From a virus (Duplodnaviria > Caudoviricetes): a stretch of 64,000 nt of DNA. Made by a program: the position numbers and the translations under genes. Below are positions 1 to 8,144 of this stretch, in pieces; the stretch's first letter is position 1, and each line of letters opens with the position of its first letter. Under the pieces are notes generated by a model. The model did not search any database and was not told the DNA's origin. It saw nothing but the letters and a program-made list of their open reading frames with translations. The DNA lies in IMG/VR virus record IMGVR_UViG_3300044820_000139, positions 1,430-65,429 of that record; one strand, 5' to 3'.

Positions 1-3000
1 GTCTCGGTGCGGAGGATTTCTTTGATGCCATTGTGGAACTCCTCGTCTGTCAGTTTACTCCCAAAAGCGTGATTAAAAGCATCAAAAGCCTCGCCGCCGC
101 CAAACATTCTGGTTTCGCCTGGAAGATTCTGCTTTGCGTCCGTCGCAAACTGCGTAAAGCGCGCGCGTACAGCGTTGGGCTTTTCGTCAAGCACGCGCAC
201 CAGTGCGTCGACAACTGGGTTTCTTCCGGGTCCGAACATGCTCTGCTGGTTGACCGTCAGATCTACCGTCGAGCCGCGCTGCGCAATGCTTGTATGCTCA
301 GCGACCGCGCGCAGAAGCGCAGGCCGCAGAGCCGGAACAAGGTTCCATTCGTCGGGCCGCGATCCGATCGCTGAAATTGATCCCAGGCTCTTCTCGATCT
401 TATCCTTGATCGACTTGGGCGCGGCGTCCAGCAGGTGCGAATCGTCGAAAACCGAGCCCATCATCGCGCGTTCGATGAAGGTCTTGCCCTCTTCACTTAG
501 CGACTTGCCGTCGGATTCCAGATACTGTGGACGCTCGCGCTCGGTCAGCGCGCCGTCCTGTACCATCATCTGCAGAATCTCCGGGCCTTTGCGACTGAGC
601 ACCTCGCGCAGACTGCTGTCATCTTCATTCTGCATCGCGCTTACGGCCTGCAAGGTCTCCGGCTTCAACTTCTGGCCGGCACTCACAGCCTTCTCGCTCA
701 CGCCCAGCGCGCCAGTCATGCTCTTGTTCAGCTCGGAACCGATGCGCTTGGCTTCGTCCAGGCTCGCCGGCCGGTCGATCTGGCGCACCAGCACGGGCTG
801 GTTCATTCCGTCCACTTGCTCTGGGGTAAGCCCATAAGTTGCGGCGTCGCGCTTGATCGCGTCCCTATATGCCGCTCCGCTCCCCTCGGCATAAATGCGC
901 TGAGTGCTCATTGCGCGCGAATTGCCGCCGAGCACGGTTCCATCTGGCGTAATCACCGGAGGCCCATTCACCGCATCCGGGTTGGTGTTGACAGTGTAGG
1001 CCGGGTCGTAGTTTTGCGCCTGGGTAATAACTCGGTTCTGCGCTTCCTTTGAATTTTTGTAATCGCGCTCCTGCACACCCGCCGGGTATTCAGGGTTGGG
1101 CTCGAAGCTGGCAGGATGATGGCTGGGCATCAGATCTGCCGCTTCCACCAGGCGATAAGTTCCCGGCAGTTTGCGGGTTGGCGTCAGAACGTCGGTCGCT
1201 CGACCGTCATGGCCACCAACCGCTGGCCGGATTACTGGCGGGGCGGCTTCGGCGCCTTGGGTTGCTTGCGGGCCGGGAGCTTGAGTCCCTTGCTGGATTC
1301 GTCCCACTCCGAGACGTTCACTCCCTGCTTCTGGAGCTTGGCCTTGTTCGCGTGGAAGAACGCCTGCTGCGCTTGGCTCTTGTACGGCATTGAGTGTCTC
1401 CTGGGGCCGGGGATTGCCCAACATGGTTTGTTCCGGCGACTCCTGCAAAACGGCGCGATTCTGGTTCTCGGGTTCCTGTGCTCCGCGCAAAGGAATCTCG
1501 GTTGCGTTTCCGTTGCGATCAGTCACTGCAATCGAATCAACCCTGAAAGTCTTGCCCTCGGTGCTCTTATTGCCGACATACTTCTGGACGGCTCCGGGCT
1601 TGACATAGGCCACTGTCGCATGAGGTTTGTACTCAGAAAAACTCGGCTCAGTAAATTCGCCGTGCTGAGAAATCTCATTGTTTAGGCGGGTCAGTTCAGG
1701 ACTTTCAACGGGAGCGATGAGCGGCGCGGCGCCGTCTGAGTGTTCCGAGGGCGGGAAAGAAGCGAGAGGACCGAGCGCTGCATCGAAAGGCTGCTGAGAT
1801 TCAATGAACGCGCGCATTTTTGGCGTCAGTTCGCCTTTCAGCCCGTAGCGAACCGTCACATGATTACCGTCGACATCCTTTCCCTGGCCGTCAAGGTCCG
1901 CATCCGCAACACCAGCCCGGGCAGCATCTAAAGCCCGTCCGGCATCACTTGCCGGTGAGATATTGTGCTGGGTCGAGGCAAACTTATACTTCGGCTCTGT
2001 GCTCTCCAGCTGAGCCGCTTCCATTTTTGCCTTGATCTGTTTGCCCAACTCGTCAGCCTTAGCCTGGTCGCCCGCGGCCAGCGCTTTCTTCTGCTCGGCG
2101 TAGAGATCATCGGTTGCTTTCATGGCCTCCGCAACCGGCTTGGTTACAACCTGTAACTCACTGACTTGATTAGGTTCACCAGGCGCACCGGTCTGGATTC
2201 CGTACTGGTCGGCGTTAACGCCATTGCTTGTGATCTTCTCTTTGGAGACCACCGGCAACTGGCTTTCAATCGCCTGCCGGACTGCCGGCACATCAGCCTG
2301 GGTCGGCACGGAAACTCGCACGCCCAGATGGTCAATATTTGTCTCTGGAGGTTTGCCTCGATCTTCTTTATTTTCAACAGAATCAGCAGTTTTTACACGC
2401 GCTCCCTCCACCTGCGCGCCAGGTACTGACGAGATAGCGGCCTGCACGTTCTGTTCGAGAGGCGCTTTCTGTGCTTCTGCGGAGGTGCGGATCTCAGCGG
2501 GATCGGTACTCGCTTGGACAACGGGCCGGTCGGCAGATGTTCCACGTGGAACATTTTCAACCTCGGCATTGGCGACGTTGGCCGGTTGCGGCGGCGTGGC
2601 GGGCTCGCCAACATACTGAGGCTCTGCCGGGCGCGGCGGCGCGGGCAATTGCCGCTGAGCAAACTCGGACCCTTCCGGCGTTGGAGTGGCGGGTGTGACG
2701 GTGGGCCGGGCGGTGTCTACCGGGAAAGCACCTTCAAGTGCACTTCGGCCCGCCAGGGCTGTCATCACGCCGTACAGGCCAGCCTCTGTGGCTAGCTTCA
2801 TACCCTCCGGGTTCTTGCCCGCGCGAAATGCTTGATATGCTTGATCTGCTGTTTGGTAAGTTCCTTGTGCGGCTTGAGCTGCAAACAGGGCAGTCAGAGG
2901 CTTTAGTTCGGGGGTTCCCATAACTAAAGCAAGATTTGCTGGCGTTGTCAGACCGTGCGTAACTTCAGACACTCCCTGAAGTGGTTTTAATATGTAAGGG

Positions 3001-3629
3001 TTGTCTCCTTTTTCTAAAACCGATTCAATTTTTGGATGCTGGGCTGCAAACTCTTTTTGGGTTCGCGCGGTCTGCGCTTGCGCTTGCGGAGTCTCGGCAT
3101 AATCTCCACCAATCGGTGTCGTTGCCCAAGCTGGAAGGGCTGGCATTGAGGTTGTCGTCTGGCGGTATTCGTCTGTGCCTGGAGTGAGCGTCGGCTCGAG
3201 GTGGAGAGTCTTTGCGAGACCGGGCACCGCCGATTCAAGGGAGCTGCCAATCACGCTGTTGGCTACAGATTCGCGAGCGCGCTCGAGAAGTGACGGCGCA
3301 GGCGCGGCCTGAACAATATCCGGCTGGCGCGGCTGGGCGGGCGGGCGCGGCGCGGGTGGCCGAGGTGCCGCTGTCGGCATTGGCATAAGGGAAGGCAGAC
3401 CTGTAGTTACAGGCGGAGTGGGTAGGCCGTAGAGATCATGGAAGGTGGGAGGCGCGACGCGCACGGGTGGCCGCGGTGCCGGCGTAATCGCTGGTCCTGC
3501 AACCGGAACGGCAGTAGGAGCAGCCTTTTTCAAAGGTACTGCGCTTGTTTCATCCCAGCCAGCAGTTCCGCCAGTCTTTGAGAGCGGCGTCGCCGAACTT
3601 TCATCCCAACCGATTACAGGGCTTCCCAT
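1..3629 (-). CDS. Giant polyvalent internal-virion/ejection protein, N-terminal part (open at left edge): Pro-rich N-terminus, RelA/SpoT-like NTase, 2H phosphodiesterase, DdrB-like ParB domain
   Basis: ATG at 3629 overlaps the upstream TAA (TAATG). Segments I translated (MGSPVIGWDESS..., 3008, 2460-2100, 1920-1560, 1190-780, 90-1) are all in one frame, and the ORF track lists no terminated ORF in that frame. Motifs: RVK/DHLGVR/ELQVVT; HVT...HAT; LVEAADLMPSH...QERD...NGPPVITPDGTVLGGNSRAM. Confidence 0.85.
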   Translation of the reverse strand, partial: MGSPVIGWDESSATPLSKTGGTAGWDETSAVPLKKAAPTAVPVAGPAITPAPRPPVRVAPPTFHDLYGLPTPPVTTGLPSLMPMPTAAPRPPAPRPPAQPRQPDIVQAAPAPSLLERARESVANSVIGSSLESAVPGLAKTLHLEPTLTPGTDEYRQTTTSMPALPAWATTPIGGDYAETPQAQAQTARTQKEFAAQHPKIESVLEKGDNPYILKPLQGVSEVTHGLTTPANLALVMGTPELKPLTALFAAQAAQGTYQTADQAYQAFRAGKNPEGMKLATEAGLYGVMTALAGRSALEGAFPVDTARPTVTPATPTPEGSEFAQRQLPAPPRPAEPQYVGEPATPPQPANVANAEVENVPRGTSADRPVVQASTDPAEIRTSAEAQKAPLEQNVQAAISSVPGAQVEGARVKTADSVENKEDRGKPPETNIDHLGVRVSVPTQADVPAVRQAIESQLPVVSKEKITSNGVNADQYGIQTGAPGEPNQVSELQVVTKPVAEAMKATDDLYAEQKKALAAGDQAKADELGKQIKAKMEAAQLESTEPKYKFASTQHNISPASDAGRALDAARAGVADADLDGQGKDVDGNHVTVRYGLKGELTPKMRAFIESQQPFDAALGPLASFPPSEHSDGAAPLIAPVESPELTRLNNEISQHGEFTEPSFSEYKPHATVAYVKPGAVQKYVGNKSTEGKTFRVDSIAVTDRNGNATEIPLRGAQEPENQNRAVLQESPEQTMLGNPRPQETLNAVQEPSAAGVLPREQGQAPEAGSERLGVGRIQQGTQAPGPQATQGAEAAPPVIRPAVGGHDGRATDVLTPTRKLPGTYRLVEAADLMPSHHPASFEPNPEYPAGVQERDYKNSKEAQNRVITQAQNYDPAYTVNTNPDAVNGPPVITPDGTVLGGNSRAMSTQRIYAEGSGAAYRDAIKRDAATYGLTPEQVDGMNQPVLVRQIDRPASLDEAKRIGSELNKSMTGALGVSEKAVSAGQKLKPETLQAVSAMQNEDDSSLREVLSRKGPEILQMMVQDGALTERERPQYLESDGKSLSEEGKTFIERAMMGSVFDDSHLLDAAPKSIKDKIEKSLGSISAIGSRPDEWNLVPALRPALLRAVAEHTSIAQRGSTVDLTVNQQSMFGPGRNPVVDALVRVLDEKPNAVRARFTQFATDAKQNLPGETRMFGGGEAFDAFNHAFGSKLTDEEFHNGIKEILRTE

Positions 3630-5041
3630 TATTTCACCGGACCTAAATCTCGTTTATTTTGATCGCGATAGTGCCATTCACCGTTAGCTGTCCGTGCCAT
3701 ATCGTGAGCAGCGGGCGGCGGGGGCTGGGTTGGCGTGGGCGGTTGCTTTGCGGCGGCCGCCGGGTTAGCTCCTGGAGCTTGACGACTCACTACCTGGCCA
3801 TCCGCCCCAATCTGCGCCCCGTGCTTCGCGAGTTGTTTGTTCGCATCCAGCCGAAACTGCTCGACTTTCGCGGCATACTGGTCTGGAGTGAGCAGATCGC
3901 CCGCCTTACGATTTGCCATTTCATACATTGCTGCGCCCTTGCGCAGGTAGGTGCCGTTGGGTTGATGGTCATAGTTGTTGATGAATTCCTGCTTTTTCCC
4001 GGTTGCGTCGGCCACAATCGCACCCACCGCCGCATCACCCTCGCCGCCCTTGCCGCGCACAGATTGATAAATCGACTGCTCGACATCCGGCGTCATCTTC
4101 TGGTTCGGGTTTGCGCGCTGCCATTGGCCCACCTGGCGGTTGTACTCCTGTTCTTCAAAGGTGCCCTCGCGCGCGGGTTGGACCTCGCCGGTCGCCAGAT
4201 AGCGCGTTCGCGTATAGCCCGGCTTGCTCAGAATTGGATCGGCGTTGGCGAAGTTCAGCCGACGAGTCTGGGTCTGCATCGCCTCGCGATCTTTTCCGCC
4301 CGGATCCTGCTGGTTGGCTATTTCTCCCGGCAACTTCGCCAGATCAACCCCACCCGTTACCGTGCGACCAAAGGCTTCTCCGCCTTCATTGAATCCCTTC
4401 TCGCGAGCCACGCGCAGATCCTGCGCCCGCTTGAAGTTTGCGGCGACATTTTCAGATTGCTCTTTGTCCGCCGCAAGCGTCTGATTGTACTTATTCATTG
4501 CAATGTCGTAAGTGTCGGTCGGTGCGCCGTATGCTTTACCGCCCGTTGATGCTGGGTTTATTGCCCCGCCGAGCGCGCCAATTGCAGGCCCTAAAATTCC
4601 GCTCTTTCCGGAACCCTCCATCATGCCACCGGCCGCCCCTCGCAATCCGCGCAGCAACCGAGTGCCGAAACCGGGCTTGTATGTTGAAACATCGGGGCGA
4701 TTCAGTTCATCGGCTGTGGTTTTTTGTTGTGAGGCAAGGAACGCCGGATCGTCCTGCATCTGCCGGGAAGTTGTCATCAACTCGTTGCCTGCGCCCATCT
4801 CGCGCTGTAATCCCAATCCTGCCAGCTTGGCTGGATCAGTTTCAGCTGCTGGCTCTGATGGCGCTGAACGCTGGCTCGCTGGGAACAACTGCGGCGCCGC
4901 GGCGCGCGCGCGCGGCAGTGCAGCTGCAGCGCGCGCTGCTTCAAGCATCCGCTCATCCGGGTCCCCTGCACTAGATGGCGCGGGCATGCCCTCCCACGCT
5001 GCCGGATCCTGAACATTCGAAGAATACGGACCGTCCATCAA
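3629..5041 (-). CDS. Putative DNA ejection / internal virion protein (470 aa)
   Basis: Gly/Ala/Gln-rich, helical-looking ORF between small ejection-type genes and the giant protein, the usual podovirus position. Confidence 0.55.
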   Translation of the reverse strand: MMDGPYSSNVQDPAAWEGMPAPSSAGDPDERMLEAARAAAALPRARAAAPQLFPASQRSAPSEPAAETDPAKLAGLGLQREMGAGNELMTTSRQMQDDPAFLASQQKTTADELNRPDVSTYKPGFGTRLLRGLRGAAGGMMEGSGKSGILGPAIGALGGAINPASTGGKAYGAPTDTYDIAMNKYNQTLAADKEQSENVAANFKRAQDLRVAREKGFNEGGEAFGRTVTGGVDLAKLPGEIANQQDPGGKDREAMQTQTRRLNFANADPILSKPGYTRTRYLATGEVQPAREGTFEEQEYNRQVGQWQRANPNQKMTPDVEQSIYQSVRGKGGEGDAAVGAIVADATGKKQEFINNYDHQPNGTYLRKGAAMYEMANRKAGDLLTPDQYAAKVEQFRLDANKQLAKHGAQIGADGQVVSRQAPGANPAAAAKQPPTPTQPPPPAAHDMARTANGEWHYRDQNKRDLGPVK

Positions 5042-5081
5042 ATCCTCCCCTTTGTTGCGTTTGCGATTTACAGCCCGCTTG

Positions 5082-5600
5082 TTACATCAGGTGCCACTTC
5101 GACCCGACCGCCACCTCGGCGCCAGTGCCCAAGTCCTTTGTTGCTTGCTCGCCGGCTTGACCGTAAAGGCCTGCCTGCATTTCTTCAGGCTTGGCACTCG
5201 CGTTCAACGTGTTGGTGTTATATCCGGTCTCGCCCTGCAATCTTTGCTGGGTCGCCTGGTTCTCAGATGACGTCATATTGCGCTGGTTTGCCTGGCTCAC
5301 CTGCTCCGCAGCAGCAATACCAGCCGCTGGGTTCTGACCGTTGCGCACGCCCGCGCCCTGAATCGCCTGGGCCGTGCTCTGCGCGCCGCCCGCGGCGGTA
5401 TCCGCCAATTGCTGATTCTGGCTGGTCTGGAACTCGCCGCCCTGCTTATAGGGATTCTGAGATGCATATTTTCCCAATTCGCTTTTGAACTCACCGATAT
5501 CTTGAGTAGCGGCGGTGTAACTCGATTGGGCATTATTGGCGTTGACCGCATTCTGATTCTGCGATGTCGCAAAATTCTGATTTCCTTGTGCCTTGCCCAT
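5082..5600 (-). CDS. Putative small ejection (pilot-like) protein
   Basis: ATG 5600 with GAGAGGGG RBS; Gln/Asn/Ala/Gly-rich; position in the ejection cluster. Confidence 0.5.
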   Translation of the reverse strand: MGKAQGNQNFATSQNQNAVNANNAQSSYTAATQDIGEFKSELGKYASQNPYKQGGEFQTSQNQQLADTAAGGAQSTAQAIQGAGVRNGQNPAAGIAAAEQVSQANQRNMTSSENQATQQRLQGETGYNTNTLNASAKPEEMQAGLYGQAGEQATKDLGTGAEVAVGSKWHLM

Positions 5601-5626
5601 GACCAATACCCCTCTCTGGTTTTTGG

Positions 5627-6235
5627 TTACGCCGCGCTGGGGATTCCCTCAGTGTCTTTGATCTTCGCCTGACTGCCTTGGCTCGGAACGCCCTCGGAGT
5701 TATCGCGCCAGGGAGCAATCGGCGGTGTTCCTCCGGGCAATCCTGCCGCCTGAATTGCAGATGCTGTGCTTCCTTGCTGTGGTCCAGGCGTACCGCCGCT
5801 CGACGATGGAACTCCACTCTGCGGCTGATTATGAAGTGCGTAATTCTGGTAGTCATTGAGATAGGTGCCAAGCTCCTGCTTGAAACCACCACCCGCTGGA
5901 GCCGCCGCTGTCGATGAACTTGCAACTGGAACCGCCGGTGTTGAGGTGGCCGCCGCCCCTGTTGCCGGTAATTGTTTTGCAAAAGCAGAAGAATTTAAGC
6001 CACCGCTGATCGCTCCCGATGGCCCACCCTTTACATATCCTTTTGCTACGTCTCCCAAGCCTGTCATTACACGGCTTCCAAAAGTGGCCGGCGCTTTTTG
6101 AGCTACAGCGCCTGCGCCCTTTTCAGCCGCGGTGGTGGCTCCCTTTTCAGCCAAAGCGGCCGCGGCTTTGGCTGCCGCGGCTTTGGCTGCTCCGGCCACT
6201 GCCATAATGATAGGGATAAAGCATATTGTAATCAT
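5627..6235 (-). CDS. Ala/Gly-rich putative internal virion protein
   Basis: ORF track 202 aa, coupled to the upstream gene; hydrophobic N-terminus then AKAAA repeats. Confidence 0.5.
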   Translation of the reverse strand: MITICFIPIIMAVAGAAKAAAAKAAAALAEKGATTAAEKGAGAVAQKAPATFGSRVMTGLGDVAKGYVKGGPSGAISGGLNSSAFAKQLPATGAAATSTPAVPVASSSTAAAPAGGGFKQELGTYLNDYQNYALHNQPQSGVPSSSGGTPGPQQGSTASAIQAAGLPGGTPPIAPWRDNSEGVPSQGSQAKIKDTEGIPSAA

Positions 6236-6669
6236 TCCGAAGCCTCTCTGAAATCCCGATAAAAATGAGCCAGGGTGTCATCGAACCGTTTCATGCGCAG
6301 CCGCTTATTCATTGTCTTCTGCCAAAGGTCCACACGAGAAAGAGGCACCAGTGAGCGGAAACCTCGAAATCCTAACTGCCCCAAAATCCACATGGCGGCT
6401 GGTAGCTCTTGGTGCAACATCTGCGCGCTCGATCGCACATCCAAGCCAAAACTCATTACCTCTGGAACTGCTTCGAAGATGTAAGCCTGTGTCATCTGCC
6501 CATTGCAAACCCGCTTCATCGCAATGGGAATGTTTGGCAGACGCCTGCCTTCGCGGTCGAAGATTTGCGGCGGAGTGTAGCTGGTTCCGTCCACCTGATT
6601 CTGTTCCTGGCAAAGCTCCTCAAGCCGGGGAATGTCCCTCGGCAGAAGATGCAGAAAATGCGATTCCAT
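6232..6669 (-). CDS. Hypothetical protein, possibly GNAT-fold (T7 gp13-like position)
   Basis: 145 aa ORF just upstream of the ejection genes; the fold is inferred mainly from position. Confidence 0.4.
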   Translation of the reverse strand: MESHFLHLLPRDIPRLEELCQEQNQVDGTSYTPPQIFDREGRRLPNIPIAMKRVCNGQMTQAYIFEAVPEVMSFGLDVRSSAQMLHQELPAAMWILGQLGFRGFRSLVPLSRVDLWQKTMNKRLRMKRFDDTLAHFYRDFREASE

Positions 6670-6677
6670 TGATTGGC

Positions 6678-7016
6678 CTATCTCTTCGGTCCGGTAAAAA
6701 TCGGCGTTTGATGGTTTGCAGCAAACTTGCGCGCGAGAGCGTGATTCTTATTTAGTTTGTCCAGTTCTTGTGCTTGCCGTGCCTTGTGATCGTAGTGCAC
6801 ACCAGCAGTGTTACGCAAACGCCCATCTTCATGCAGGATCACTTCGCCACCTACCGGCTTTCCATCCGCGCCCAGCGTCGGTTCGGTGCGTAACTGAATC
6901 AGTAACTCATGACGAGCCGGAGCGCCGTGGATTGTCTTTACGCTTCGTTCGATGAAGCGGGTAACGTGCATCATCCGATCCAGGTCAATATGTTCAGTTT
7001 CAATTTCCCAAGTCAT
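6678..7016 (-). CDS. Hypothetical protein
   Basis: 112 aa ORF tiled in the operon with a GAGAGG RBS. Confidence 0.6.
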   Translation of the reverse strand: MTWEIETEHIDLDRMMHVTRFIERSVKTIHGAPARHELLIQLRTEPTLGADGKPVGGEVILHEDGRLRNTAGVHYDHKARQAQELDKLNKNHALARKFAANHQTPIFTGPKR

Positions 7017-7018
7017 AA

Positions 7019-7306
7019 CTAGCCTCTCTTCGCACCGCTGCGCTCTTTTATTCTACGCAGAATCTCCCCCGCTATTTCCTCATCAGTTGCGGTCTTCCAC
7101 TGATTAGGCTCGCCACCATCACGCACAGCCTGAAGAGAGGCCTTAACCCACTCGTGGGCCGATTTAAGACTAGAAAACAACTTTCCAGGAGTCAAAAGTA
7201 GATCAATTCCCGCCAGTAAACCATTAGGACATCCCAAAGGAATTGCTTCCATGGCTACTCTGCGTATCATCAATTCCTTGACGTTCGGAGTGAGTAACTC
7301 AGACAT
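7019..7306 (-). CDS. Hypothetical protein (lower GC)
   Basis: 95 aa ORF overlapping the upstream stop; visibly more AT-rich than its neighbours. Confidence 0.6.
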   Translation of the reverse strand: MSELLTPNVKELMIRRVAMEAIPLGCPNGLLAGIDLLLTPGKLFSSLKSAHEWVKASLQAVRDGGEPNQWKTATDEEIAGEILRRIKERSGAKRG

Positions 7307-8144
7307 TGGTCAACCTCGCCCCATTACTACCTGTTGCTCCGCCGCCGCCCGAAGTTCCACTGCTGACTCCCACCGCGCCAACCGGACGTACATTATCATG
7401 CGCCAGCAGTCCTCCAAGCGTTGGGCTAACCACATAACCTTGCCCTTCAACGTGGCCGACGTACTGCGTTGTGTTTGGCGTCAAACCTACAATCGTTGCC
7501 GAGGGAAGAGTAGTTTGAACCGCCCCTTTTTGCGCGGTAAATGCAGTCAAAGGGCCAGAGGTTCCATGCACGCGCACTTGAGTCACTGCTCCAGTTTGCG
7601 ATGAGTCAACCACCCCATAATTCGTCTGATTGAACGCGCCGGCATCTGAGATTGCGGAACTTGAAACAAGTCCAGCGTTTGAAGGAGATTCACCTGCGGG
7701 CTTATAATCGCTCCAATTCACCTGATCGTGACTTGAGCGAATCCGAAAGTGATACTGCGATCCCGGATCGTTTACTACCACACTGGTAGCCATCGTCGCC
7801 GGCATCACCACTGGAGATGGGTTCCCGGTGAAACTCTTGAGTGGCGAGTAACTTACTTCATGCCAGATTGGCTTTCCTTGAGCGTCGGCCGGATTCGTAA
7901 TCTGGATGTTATGAGCACCATTGGCGCCTGACACCTTAAAGCCAACTCCTTTCGGAACTGTTCCCGATCCTGGCTTGATGCCGCCTTGCTGAATCAGGTT
8001 GCCACTGGGAAGAGCCGCCTTCACGTTCTGCACCACCGTACTCATCAACTGGCGAAAGTCCTCACGAGGACCACCAGGAAGGCTCTTTGCCACACTCTCA
8101 ATCTGCGCTTGCAGCGCCGGGCTTCCTTGATTTGGAGTCGTCAT
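7299..8144 (-). CDS. Putative tail-associated protein with FN3-like beta domain
   Basis: Start moved to ATG 8144 (ATGA overlap with the nozzle stop); YHFRIRSSHDQVNWSDY resembles an FN3 C-terminal strand. Confidence 0.55.
   Translation of the reverse strand: MTTPNQGSPALQAQIESVAKSLPGGPREDFRQLMSTVVQNVKAALPSGNLIQQGGIKPGSGTVPKGVGFKVSGANGAHNIQITNPADAQGKPIWHEVSYSPLKSFTGNPSPVVMPATMATSVVVNDPGSQYHFRIRSSHDQVNWSDYKPAGESPSNAGLVSSSAISDAGAFNQTNYGVVDSSQTGAVTQVRVHGTSGPLTAFTAQKGAVQTTLPSATIVGLTPNTTQYVGHVEGQGYVVSPTLGGLLAHDNVRPVGAVGVSSGTSGGGGATGSNGARLTNV

Noticed and set aside
250-1200. Plasmid partition system
   Set aside because: The ParB-like segment is a domain of a virion polyprotein; no ParA or parS array was found.
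33-3687. Many plus-strand and off-frame ORFs in the track
   Set aside because: Shadows of the single long minus-strand frame, as expected in GC-rich DNA.
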